A stretch of 64,000 nt of DNA. Origin: Raillietiella orientalis (lineage: Eukaryota). The translations under genes and the position numbers were made by a program. Below, piece after piece: positions 13,750 to 26,184 of the stretch. The notes below the pieces were generated by a model. It searched no databases. It saw only the letters and a list, made by a program, of their open reading frames with translations, and was not told the origin of the DNA. Location of the stretch: positions 186,001 to 250,000 of the forward strand of contig JAYWIR010000024.1 of NCBI GenBank assembly GCA_036172245.1, given 5' to 3'. Position 1 is the stretch's first letter. Every line of letters begins with the position of its first letter.

Positions 13750-16700
13750 ATGGCCTCAACCCTATCGACCGCCAGGAGGATTAACATCGCCTCCTGGAAT
13801 GTAAATGGTCTGATCAATCAGGTTAAAAGAAGAAGGATTGTGCGGATCATCGCACAACAAGACATCGTGTGCCTGCAGGAGACCCATACGTTAGGTCTCC
13901 AGATCATCCAGCAAATGGTACGACGTTTCGATGGGCAGATGTTCATCAGCGAAGGACAGCGGAACACGGAAGGTGTGGTGGTCTTGGTCAAGAACCAACT
14001 GGCCCCTACCATTCTGGAAGTCTTCTGTCCCTTGCCGGGACGTATCATCGGCGTACGACTGGCCTGGTCCGCTAACGTTCACCTTTTCTTGGTAAACGTG
14101 TACGGGCCACATAGATACAAACATCGATGTGCGGAGGTGCTGCATGCGACACTCCGGGAAAAGGTCGCGCCTAAGGACGTCGTGATCGTTGCTGGCGATC
14201 TCAATATCCTGGATGAACCCACAAGATCCCAGGACGCCGGAGGAAGGAAGGCGTATCGGCGGCTTTCCGACGAGTTCGGATTGCTGTGGCGAACGGCAAG
14301 CCACAGACCGATAGACCACGTCCTTCACAGTACTGAATTAGGGAACCGCATTCAAGGTTTTCGTGACATCCCCAACGCGTTGTCCGATCACCCGTTGGTG
14401 CGATTTTCCCTAAGGACGGAAAATCCTCGGCGAAGGCAAGGCACCAGGGCGGCGCTCATCAGCATGCCCACCTGGTTCGAGAACCATCCCTGTCATCAGG
14501 AAGTTCTGGAGACGATTCTGAAGACCACCACGATCCGAAGAGTCGCCGACTGGGACAGCCTGAAGCACAGGATCCATCTCTTTGCAAATATGCAATTCGG
14601 AGATAGGAGATTGAGGCAGGAGGCGTACCGGGAGCTGAACATCCAAGATCGCTCCCTCTCAAAGCACTTTGATCAGTACGAGAGTCGGTACGTCTTCCAT
14701 AGCACAAAAGAGGAAGTCGGCGTACTGGAGAAGAAGAATCTGGCCACAGATATCTTTCGGATTCAGTACGGCGACCATAGCTGACACACGTCGGAGGACA
14801 TCGTGGATGCCTTCGAAAGGCATTACACGAAACACTTTCGGCGCGATCATCTGTGTCAGGCGATACAGAATACCTTCTTGAATCATCTGAAAAGGAAGAT
14901 TGGCGAGCTCCAGCGTTAGAGTCTGGAGGAGGATTTTTCCGAGAAAGAGGTGAAGACTGCGTTTAAGGAATTACGCAAGGATGTAGCGGCAGGACCTGAT
15001 AGTGTTCCCATCAGTCACTATCAACGGTACCTGCACGCCTACTTGCGGTTATTCCACCAGTGGACCCTCTGCATCCGCCAAGAAAGACGATTGCCGGAGT
15101 CCTTCTACGAGAGTAGGACGAGATTGTTGCCGAAAGGAGGTGATCTCATGCAGATCACCCAATGGAGGCCAATCTCAGTTCTCAACTCGGATGCCAAGTG
15201 GTTGGCAAAGATCTGGGCCAACCGCTTAAGCAAAGTTATGTCGAGGCTGATTTCTCCCGTCCAGACATGTGCAGTACCCGCACGCCACATGTCGGACAAT
15301 GTTAAGTGCGCGCAGGCCACCGTGGGACTTAGCCGATACGTCGGCGAGAACCTGGTGCTGGCGTTCACCGACATGGAGAAAGCCTTCGACACCGTCGACC
15401 ATGGGATGCTGCTGAAGATTCTGGAAAAGCTGGGACTTCCCAAATACTTCAGCACCTTTGTGGAAATGATCCTCCGGAATCAACGTTTCCGGCTAAAGAT
15501 CAACGGTTTAGAAACAGCAGCTATTCGGATGGAGCGAGGAGTCCGGCAAGGCGACTCATTAAGTCCGATGCTGTTTGTTATCTATATGGAGGCGCTCTCT
15601 TCATTCATTGAAAACAGTGGGAGATTACAAGGGATGAAAATTGACAATCAGAAGCTCACCCATCTCGCCTACGCGGATGATCTTGTCTTCTTCATCAGGG
15701 GAAAGAGGGATCAGCAAGCGTTTTTGGATGTGGTGATGCTCATGAAAGAGGGACTGGGCCTGAAGATCAACGCCCAGAAGAGCCAGCTTTTGCCCGTAGG
15801 AATCCTGGACCTCTCCGCCCTCACGGGGATAGGATTCCGAACGGTGGACACGGCCAAGTACCTGGGAGTCTACATTGGCGACGACTCTGCGTCGAAGCTA
15901 CTGTGGAAGGAAATCCTGGGGAAAACGGCAGAGGAAGCAGCGAAATACACCCACCTGGGTTTTGACATGAAGCGAAAGGCCAACCTATGGAATGGAGTAC
16001 TCCTTCCAAAGGTACTCTTCGGAACGGCCTTCGCCAAGTTGAACAAAGAAAACACCAGAGAAGTGGAAAAGCTGCAGAGAAAGACATTGTGGGGACACTA
16101 TCGCCCAAGAGTCAGGCTGAAACAACTGTGTCGTCCCAGGGAAGAAGGCGGCTCAGGGATGAAGTCGCTTGCACATTCCATGGAAATCATGGATACGCGA
16201 CACATCCTGGATATCGCTACTCACTGGGATGACTGGCCGTATGCGGCGCACAGGGCCTACGCGTTGTTGTTGAACAACTCGAAAGGTCTGATGACTGCGC
16301 TGCTAGGCCGAGCAGGGGAATGGATCAACATCGACCCAACCTGGAGGAGAAAGCACGGCTGGTGAGCAAGCACAAGATCAAGATTGTGCCGAGAAGCACG
16401 GAACTCTGGCAAGAGGAATCCATCCTGGTGATCCCGTGGATGCTTCCGGTCCCTGCGGACACGAGAAGCTGGATCTACCAGCGGCCCAGAGTTACCCTAC
16501 AACGCATCCAGGAGTTCAGAAGAGGAGTACACCCACATCACACTCGTATACTTCGGTATATAGAGATGATGGTGGGTAGGTTCACCCATATGACCTGCGA
16601 AGTGTGGATCAACCACAATGACCTCGCGTGGTCCAGGGTAACCAAGGTGAACCTCCGAAGAATGATTAAGGATGAGGACCAAGACACCAGTGCCCTCCAA

Positions 16701-17267
16701 GAAGCCGCTGATCGCTACGGGAGTAACCGTTTTAACCTGTTGGCGATTGGCACGACACTCTGGAGGAGTGACCTTCCGCCGGACACTCTGGGCGACCTCC
16801 TGATGTTCTATCATGGAGGAATCCAGACCGGGTCCAGGTTCAAGCGCTTCACAGGAAGACGGGAAGATGAAGACTGCACGGCATGTGGAGACATCGATAC
16901 GAGACTACACATCTTGACGTGTCCCACTTTGCTACGCGACTGGCTGATCCTGAAAAGGATCATAGGACAAAACAACAAGTCTGTGACGGAAATCATCGCA
17001 GGGATGTTTCAGGGAGATGGTAATGTTCCCTGTTACAATCCCATGATAAGGATGACCATTGCCCTCTTCATCACTGCCATACTTGTGCGGTGGTGGAATA
17101 TGAGGAAAGCCAGGAGAACCAGAACCCCCATGGAGATCCTACAGGGACTCATCCGCAGGGAGATTGGTATCAGGAACTGTGGGCGACTCCAAGCCTGGAC
17201 GTACCGATTCATCCTGAAGAGGATTGAGGACAACGCCCGGGACCAAACATCTGGAAACCCACCCTGA
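13750..17267 (+). pseudogene. Retrotransposon ORF2: AP endonuclease, reverse transcriptase and CCHC finger; two nonsense codons and one frameshift
   Basis: Endonuclease: IASWNVNG, CLQETH, GDLN, IDH, SDH. RT: AAGPD, WRPISVLN, DMEKAFD, GVRQGDSLSP, YADD, KYLG, EEGG. Zinc finger: CTACGDIDTRLHILTC. In-frame TGA 14782-14784, TAG 14917-14919, and a frameshift at about 16320-16365. Confidence 0.93.
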
Positions 17268-17402
17268 ATGCAGAACTTTGAGTATCCCAATGGACCTTCA
17301 AGTGAAGTGAAAGTGGTAATATATTGTGTGAATGAAATTGTAGTATGAATGTTTAAAATTGAAAAATAAATTCACCCCACCCCTTGTGGGACCTGGGGAA
17401 AA

Positions 17403-17417
17403 TTGTGCTGCCTACGT
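17403..17417 (+). repeat. Target-site duplication, right copy
   Basis: ttgtgctgcctacgt, identical to 13358-13372. Confidence 0.9.
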
Positions 17418-17616
17418 GGAATCGTCGCTGCATGGAGCAACGCGACGGGAGGATCCAGCGATAGATATGCCAGCGAATACGCCGTCCGCTACCTGAGGAT
17501 GGCGACGCGATGGCCCCATCTGGAATCCCATATTCAGAAACAGCTTGCAGGCATCTTCCAAAGGATGTGATGGACCCCAACCAGCAGATTGTGATCCCTT
17601 CCCGCGCCCTCCCCAG
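17418..17616 (+). mobile_element. Older host element part 2 (end of ORF2 and start of 3' UTR)
   Basis: Removing the insertion restores the frame LAALCCLR-GIVAAWSNATGG...QKQLAGIFQRM* (stop 17568-17570). Confidence 0.75.
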
Positions 17617-18200
17617 TTTTTTTTTATTTATTTTTGTTTTTTGCCCCCTCCCCTCTGCTGCCGAGGTGGACCGCACCGGTCTGCACACCGGTGACCCGGC
17701 AGGCTTTCAACATCTAGCGCGTGGCTGGACCGCCGGTCCAGCCACAGATTCTGTAAATGCTTTAATCGCAAGACTAAACGCCCCGGCGCACCCGGGTGGA
17801 AAGCACCCACCCTGCTTTCGTGTATTGCCACATCGGTTCCTCACTCCCATCATGGTCAATGGATGTGCTACAACCACATGTCCTTGGTCATCAGTGACCA
17901 AATCCCTCAAATACAGCACGAGGTTGGCAGGGAGCACGGAGAAGAGTGCACAAACGGATGGACAGACGTGGGTGCAGTAGAACGCTTGTGGTTGACGAAG
18001 ACCGTTCCACGTCATCTGACAAATTAAGCCACGCTAAACGTTTGGGTCGAAAGTGACAGTGACCTTGAGTGTTCGCGTTTCGGCAACTTCCGCGAATCCA
18101 GACTTAGCCTACGGTCTACGTATTCCATCACGAGAGGCACGCTCGTACCGCGAATTTGGCGCGAAACAGGGCCGCAACCATCTCACGGACAAACACACGC
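17617..18200 (-). mobile_element. 5'-truncated retroelement 3' end with structured 3' UTR and poly(A)-like tail
   Basis: T-rich tract 17617-17642 on + strand, perfect 11-bp hairpin 17721-17745, and 3' UTR similar to 3505-3700. Confidence 0.6.
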
Positions 18201-18206
18201 AAAAAA

Positions 18207-18960
18207 TTTTTTTTTTTTTTTTTTTTTTTTAATAACGGCTCAAGAGGCTCCGAACACAGTTTTTGCAAATGGCATTACGCGGACGAGGAAGATTTTTAAG
18301 TGACGAAATGAAAGCAGCGCGAAAGTTTTTAAAGGAGTAACACAAAACAATTTTCTCAAGTATCAGTAAGTTTGCGAAAAGTGTTCATAGAAGTACGGGG
18401 ATTACACTGATAAGAGGTAACATTCTTGAGAGTTTCCTTATCCTGATATCACAAAAACAAATTCCCTCGGATCTGGGATTTATCCTCGTACTTTTCACGA
18501 ACACGAAAAAAGCAGTAAACAATTTCGAGTTACGGAACATAAAAGTTCTCCTCCTAAATACGAAATGCTTTCCATATCATGAGATAGTTTTTCAAATATC
18601 ATAGTTTCAGAATACTCAAAGCAGCCATTCTTAATTCAACAAAATATCCAATTGCCTGGTCTCAGGAACAGACGATTGTTTTTAAAAATGGTCTTGGACA
18701 AGACCCCAGGCACGTTACAATTACTTTCAGAGTGCGATTGGGCACTTCGCATCAAAACACTTGGCAAAAAGTTCCACTGAACAGTGGGGGCGAGGACATG
18801 TTAATGAATCTAAATGGAATTAGTAAATACTATGTAAGTGGCAATGGCACCATTTACAAAGTGCTCCTCGAACTTCGGTTTCGTTTTTTCTTATGTCCAA
18901 ACTCATGTCTTTCTTTAAGCAAATCACAAACCGCTAACTGACCATCTTCGATGCTGAGCA
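18207..18960 (-). mobile_element. Decayed L1/Tx1-like 3' fragment with poly(A) tail
   Basis: T24 at 18207-18230. Minus-strand translation QWNFLPSVLMRSAQSHSESNCNVPG resembles a decayed zf-RVT region. Confidence 0.45.
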
Positions 18961-19841
18961 AGAATGTTCTTCTGTGCTTAAAAAATATCTGCTATTGTAG
19001 TTCTAAGGATGTTCTAGTTTTAGGCATATATATCAGTTTTTTGTTAATATGACACAATGCTGTTTTATGACAAAGTGAATATCTTTCAGTGAATTTCTAT
19101 GGGATATGATGAACACCCCAAACACCTTGGCACTTCAAATGACTTTTTGACTTTACAAAAAATTGTCAAATGCTTTCAAGCCAGCGTAAGGTGTGGCATT
19201 GGGGCCACATCAAATTATTTGCAATCACTGGGCAAACTGTGCTTGTGTGATTAGGATCATTAAACCAGTCTGTCAGTTTGCCAGAACTTCAACTATTGAT
19301 GGCCTTCACAAATTTTAAATGTGAGTAAATAATAGTGACCAAAAACTCTGCTGCTCTCATTATTCTCATGAAACACTGCAATAGATTCTACACTGATATT
19401 TCACAAGCAAAATCACTGACAAGTCCCTTTGGGATTTCCATGAATAATTACCACAAACAATTACAAACTGTTTTGTGAACAATTCACCATACACATAAAT
19501 GGGGCAAAACTAGTGTTTAGACATAGAACACACAAAAAAAAGGAACCGGCAATTGATGTGATTTATAACTTATTGAATCATTCAACCAGGTTAATAAGAG
19601 TACAACATGAAACAGGAAATGTTGCTGGTACTAATTTTTTACATATCATCTTGCAAATGAGTAGTGAACCTGCAATGTTGGCATTGGAAAGACTCAATTT
19701 ATCACTGAAAGCAAAGTGATCCAGTTATATGTGATTATTTCATGATAATCACTCCTTAATCTTAAGAGTTTCAGGCTGCCTTTGTTCCTAGGACTCCATT
19801 TTTATGCATGTCTTATTTAGAAAAGGCCATCTCTTATGAGC

Positions 19842-20711
19842 TTAATATTGGAAACTCCTCTTTGTTTGAATATCATCCAGAATATGACGAAGTTCATCAT
19901 CCTCAAATCTGCCCTCCAAACTAATGAAAAATTGAGTTTTATACAAATTTTTGCTTTCACTGACCTAGGAATGAGTGACTTTGCCTCTTCGGGATTATCT
20001 GGACATAAATTGGCCAAAGCTGCTAATTCAAATTTGTGCAGTTTTTTCTGTGTTAGAACACTGAGAACATGTTTAAGCATATAAACATTCATGTTGAGAA
20101 TTACCTCCTCACAGCAGAAATAGTTTCACGATTCTTGAATTTGCTAAATCTTTGCGTATAATTTAAAGTTTTCATAAAAACTTCTGATAACTCTTGCTCT
20201 TCCTCAGCACTTTCATTTTGCTGCTTTCGATGCTCCAAAAGCATATGCACCTCAGATATAAGAAGCGTTTCGGCGTTTTCAAATTCTAAGAAACACGATT
20301 TAATTCATTAAACAGGTCAATTAAAACAATCAACTAAAATGAAGGGCTATGGATAAACCACCAAAACATTGCAATGAAATTTAGCTTGCACTTGGGCAAG
20401 CATAAGTAATTCCATTTTGACAAACATATTCCATGAATTTCCTAAAAATTTTTGGAAACTTAATGAAACTAGTCTGTATCTCTTACACATGTACGTTTCT
20501 TAACCGTCTGATGTAAATACAACATGCTTATTTCACAGAAAATGAATTGCATTACGACTTGTTTGAATATGGTTATTTTTTTTTTCTTATGTATCAATAA
20601 CGCTTAAAAACGTTGAAGCTACGGGTCGGATGAACAGATAAAACAATATGAACCTTTAGGAAAAGTGAGTTCCGCAGCATCCTCTTCTTGCTGTTCAGCA
20701 GTCAAACTCAT
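19842..20711 (-). CDS. POLR2D: RNA polymerase II subunit RPB4
   Basis: Exons 20711-20654, 20285-20105, 20060-19965, 19920-19842. Motifs: [63 protein letters not shown]. Confidence 0.97.
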
Positions 20712-23700
20712 TTTCAAATCGCATCGGCATACAAAAACAGGGTAACACTTCAGGAGTACCAAGTTATATGAATTCATATTTCCGTATGAGTTTTAGGCAA
20801 TTCTCTCGATTGCACAAAATACAAAACGCTTTAGAGTACATAGATGCAATATAATATCGATGATCATTTAAGTAAGTAAAAAGACTGTGTAGTTCACAAG
20901 TTAAATTTAATTTGATTCTTTTGCAATGTATACGACTACCTGACAATAACAGGAAGTCAAAGACATCTTAGTGTGCTGTTTTGTGTATACCGCTTTCGCT
21001 TAGAAGCATTTTAATCAGTTGTAACGACTCCTTTTCTGCTGCACTATTTGCTCAGTAATTGAATTTTCTTCGGCTTGTTCGCTTCAGTTCTAATGCACAC
21101 TACTTGTAAGGATGTTTACTTTCTCTGCCTCTATTTCACAAGTATGAACAGCTGTTTGTTTCTCTCAAATATAAAATAAAGCTGTCAAAGTTTTTTTTGC
21201 ACTATTAAATCTAAAAATTCAAAAAAATTCCTAGTGCGATAAGTAGATACAATACTGGCAAAATTTGGGAATTCATTCAGCAAAAAAAAAAAAAAAGAAT
21301 GTAGGAAGATGATAAGCATACGTTTTAACGATTTAGTTGCTTTTCGAATAAAAAGAAAGCAGCAGTTTGTTGCCATAGCGGCAGCTGATGTATCTTGAGC
21401 CAATCTCCAATTCTTTGAGAGCATTGCATCGTTACTTGTGGAAATCAAAAAAAAAAAATTCATGTATCTTTGACTCAATACCATGATAATCATTGTTCAG
21501 AGGAAGGAAATAAAGCAGTACATCGCAATGAAGATGAAGGCGAAAATCATATGAATTTTTTTTATCGAGATATAAAATATGATGATATGTACCTGGTGTC
21601 TTAATTAATTAACCTTATTTCGTTATATACACACTTTTCAATCGATTAGTAGTGATGATGATAACTTAGCGGAATGCAGAATGCTAATGGAAAACAACAT
21701 CTCAAGATTGCTGCGAATCAGGTAAGGCAAAAAAATGCAATGAAAAACCGCTAGCTTAGCATTTCATGCTAAAGGAGATGAAAGGAATCCATTAATTTCA
21801 AATTTATTATAACTGAAATAGCTGTTTGTGTGCAGTCTACGAAAAGGAAACGCACTGCATTGCAATTTATATACTCGCAGAAGTATTTATTGATAGGTTA
21901 CTTAGTTTATCTACAGCTAGGTAGCTTTAAAACTTAGAATATACCCATCAATAGGTTGTGCATTTCTACAAAGGTGCAAAGACAACATTATCAATTACAT
22001 CATCATTCATGGTTTCGAAAGCTTTTCGTTACTACCAGGTTTGTCTCAATCGTTCTATATGTTGGAAAAATCACAGTGAATTACATTTCATTCATATCTT
22101 CCTTTAGATTCCCTTTTCTCTCTTGCATACAGAAGTCATGTTATCTGTAATCCGGTCATATATTCTTATTAAGCTTCCATTAACTGGGTATTTCGAAATG
22201 TAAGAAAATAATTCTTGGCTATCGATATCACATATAAATCTCCTACTTTTCAAAACTTATACATCAACTAGTTATGCCCAAACTGAGGAATAGTGCTCTG
22301 TCCTTATAGAGTACACATACATGGTAATATGCTTAATGCTTCATGAATATTCATGTCTTTTACCATTCAATATTTAATAGTTACAATATACAATGCCCAA
22401 GGTGATGTATGTTAACATTATATATCATATTAGTCTAAGAGATAACTCTCTATTATTGTCTGCAAAACCAAAAGGAATAGTCAAACCATACACTTCAAGT
22501 TTCGAATCGTTTAAACATGCTTAAATTCACATTCATGCTCATACTAATCATGGATCCCAAGTTCAGGGGAAAAACAATATTCCCTATTCCAGACGATTGT
22601 GATGTCTTATCATTCAGCTTTATGAAAAATCGTTTACAAAAGAAAATTGCTTTTGGTACAGAAGGCTAATTTCGATTCAGCAGAATCTTCATAGTAGTAT
22701 TTTTGTGAAGCCAACGAAAACTATCTGGGAAGTAACTTGGTAATTCTTTGTGACAACTTGTCTGCACGTTAGCGGGCCCTTAAACACATGCTAGTTATTT
22801 TCCAGTTTTCGTTGGTTTCACAAAAACATTGCTCCAAAGGCTCTGCTGAATCAAGATTATCTTTAAGTAACTGCTAAACCGATGCGAGTGAATCGAATTG
22901 ATGTGATGGAAGCATCACGCGCCAACTCATAAAAACGGGTCTTTACAATTTCGAAAGGAGGACTGTTAGGTGATGTGAAGAAGTGAATCCCTAATAAATC
23001 CACCTCGGGAGTCGTTATTTGTGAAGGTACAATCTTTAGAAAAATCGAAGATCTATTCGCGTTCGGATTTCGGCCTTTCTTGCTTCCAAATTTGAGATCG
23101 AATATAAAGACAAACAAAAATTCAATGCATTTTGCGTGCGTACATAGCCTCCATTACTTTTGGGGACATCACATGGAATCCTATTTCATAAAATCAGTAA
23201 TTTCTTTTGGATCAGAGCAAATAATTGGGGAAGCAAATTATCACCGGAAGATTTAATGTAGTGTTATTTGGCAAACAGTTTACTGAAATCCTCATAGCCT
23301 GATGGTCCCACTTGCAAATTACAAACTTGTTTGCTGAAAGAAATGCTTTACAGCTGTAGTCATTAAGAACTCGATTTGGATGTGAGCACTTTTCCAAATT
23401 CACTTATGATAAGGCCATTTTTTTGTATGATCAGCCTTATTAAGGTTGGTATCTTCAGAAGAGACATGGGATAGAGAAATGATTAGAAGTGACTGTACAA
23501 ATAGGAGGCTGAGTAAGGAACAAGCATTTGACATTTGGATTGATAGTTGGTCAGCTTGCCCAGATAATTAAAATTGCTTATTCACACATTTGAGCTAAAT
23601 GTGATTTTTACTAAGAATATACCTTAACACTTGGACTGCAGGTAAAAAGTGCAGTTTAACTTGGTCACTGGGAAAATCAGTACTCATTTTCACAGGAGAC

Positions 23701-24053
23701 TGCAACATGTCTTGACCTATATGCACAACTATTCATTTACTGGTACAAGTATCTGTATAATGCATATCATAGGAAATTAAAAGCTAGCAGCAGTGTATGA
23801 ACTACATTAAGTTGTACATTAAAAAAATTGACACTTGACCTTTTACACATCGACTTTTAGAAATCAAAAGAAAAATGTGAACACCTATAGTGCCTAGTAT
23901 TTCACTATTCAAACAGGCACTTTGCTTCTAATGCAATGCAATGTAATACAAACTGATTGAATTAAATGAAAGAAATCAGAATAAAATGGTGGATTTGTTT
24001 TAATAAGCTTTTCATTATATACTTTCCAACTAGTTTTAAAGAACTGTTCCAGG

Positions 24054-26184
24054 TTAGGAACTCTCAGTCACTACATTTGTAGTTCCAGATGATTGTTTCT
24101 CCTCTTGACTTTGCCATTTGACCTAAGAAATTTAGAATGTTTGTTATATCATCTCAGTAAATGTCCTACCTTTTGCCTATGCTGTGACACTGCATCCATA
24201 ACACGATCCCAGACCATTTTCTCTGTTAAAATTCCATCAGCAGAAGAATAAGCGGCAGCTTGCCAAGTCACACCCAATTTGGCAATCTCACGTCCACTCA
24301 TGCCTTCAGTTACATCAGCAATGCGAGAACAAACACTGGAGTAATCAAACTGAGCTACACGTAAGCGCCTAGCACCAGCAGCTGCAGGCTGTAGAACAAA
24401 CTGGTCAAAGTAAAGGTGCACTAATCTTTTTCGTTCTTCTAAGCCAGGAAGAGTAAACTCTACTATTTCATCTAATCGATCATTAATAGCCCAGTCAAAT
24501 TGTTGAGGTGTATTCGATGCTAAAACAAGCATAAATCTACAAAGCATACTACAAATATGCTGATAAAACACTGTACTTCTTGCTCTGCTCCCCTGTGCGA
24601 TATAAAAAAGCATTAAGAGTTGCACGTAAATCTTCACTAATCAGTTCTGAGCTTCGCTTGCGCAAAAAAGCATCTGCTTCATCAACAAAAAGCAAAAGGC
24701 CCTGCTGAGAACTATTGGCCCAATCAAATACTTTATGCATCGCAGTAACACCTTCACGACCCATAGGTGCTACATCACCTCCAGTCATGATGGCATAATC
24801 CATTCCAGAATGCAATGCTAATTTTTTGGAGAACAATGTTTTACCAGTTCCTGGTGGTCCATACATAAGAATGTTACGATACAGACCACGATTAGCTTTG
24901 GTGTTTCTGGTAGCAATAGCAATATCTCTAAATAAAAGTGTCATGAAAGCATTTCTCAAACTTTAGTACTTTACCTCACTCGCTCCTCAAGAGCTGGATT
25001 CAGAACCACGCCTTTCAAGGCATCTTCTGGCTTTGACAACCATAAACGAACTGTACGAACAGGATGTTTGAAAATATCAAACAAAGAAAAGCGAGATGTT
25101 TCTCTAATGAGTGAAGGTTTACCTAAAATTCAGAACAATTATCCCTCTTCACTTGAGTGTATCTTTGTATACCAAGCCTAGCTTCCAAGTATCGTGCTGC
25201 TACTCCAGTTGCTCCTTTAGCAGAATAGACTCCAACAGCCAAAAGGGATAAACCACCCACTGTCATAAGCATCTTATCCCAGTCTGATAAAAAGGCATTT
25301 AGTCCTGTGCCAACAGCTGAACTGATTGTCTTGATAGATTCAAGCACAGTGATGCGATTTTCAGCAGCTTTGGTACGAATCTGTTCCAGGTAAAGATCTT
25401 GATTTTCCCGATCAACTTTTCCCTTGATTCTCGTTTCAGCTTCAATTCTACGTAAATCATTTTTATGTCTCAATTCCATTTCATGTTCCAATGTTGCTAG
25501 ATACTGCTTTCATATGCAATTTTTAATCACATCAATATACCTTTTTTCATTGCTTCTTGTTTACTAACAGATTCCTCCTGCTTACGAAGATTTTCTTCAT
25601 TCATCCGTTGCTGCTGCAAGAGTTGATCATCATATCTGCCCTAACCCTTCAACTAGTTGTCGTCAGCTTAACATGTGTCCTTACCTGCGACGGGACAGCT
25701 GATCCTGATACTGAGCACGTTGCTGATGCTGCTTTGTTTCTTCCAATAGAGTCTTCCTTCTTTCCTCTTGTTCAACTCTTTTCTGGTCAATTTTCGACTG
25801 TTCCATATGTGCTTCATACTCTTTTATTTTTGCCATTTGTTCTGTTTGCCGTGTAGTTTCTTGCAGTTTGGTGAGTTCCAATGCATCTTTGGCATATGCT
25901 AATATCAAAAAGTCAGTATTAGTTATAGTAATGTAACCAATGACAGATAGTATATTTTGGGAGTTTCCCTTCAAAGTAATCAATGCTTTCAACATACCTG
26001 ACTTTTCCAGGTCCTTAGCAGCTTTTGCTGCTCTTTCCAGTGCTGCAGAGTCAAAACGATAGGAACTGGATTTACCCAATGACTTATCAGTATTCTTCCC
26101 ATCATCAACGGGTGAATCCATGTTTGGTGGTAAATTAATAATATTATCACCCTGATCTCTACGAATTCCAAACAACCAAGACAT
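24054..26184 (-). CDS. ATAD3: ATPase family AAA domain-containing protein 3 (mitochondrial)
   Basis: MSWLFG start, [14 protein letters not shown], coiled coil, Walker [10 protein letters not shown], Walker [28 protein letters not shown]. Multiple short GT-AG introns. Confidence 0.97.

Larger units (their letters stand above)
13373..17402 (+). mobile_element. Young 5'-truncated L1/Tx1-clade non-LTR retrotransposon
   Basis: ORF1 tail, then ORF2 (APE-RT-CCHC), AATAAA at 17365, a 3' hairpin and a short A tail; flanked by a 15-bp TSD. Confidence 0.93.

Noticed and set aside
20760..23450. Additional gene or TE between RPB4 and ATAD3
   Set aside because: Only short ORFs without recognisable motifs or a coherent exon chain.
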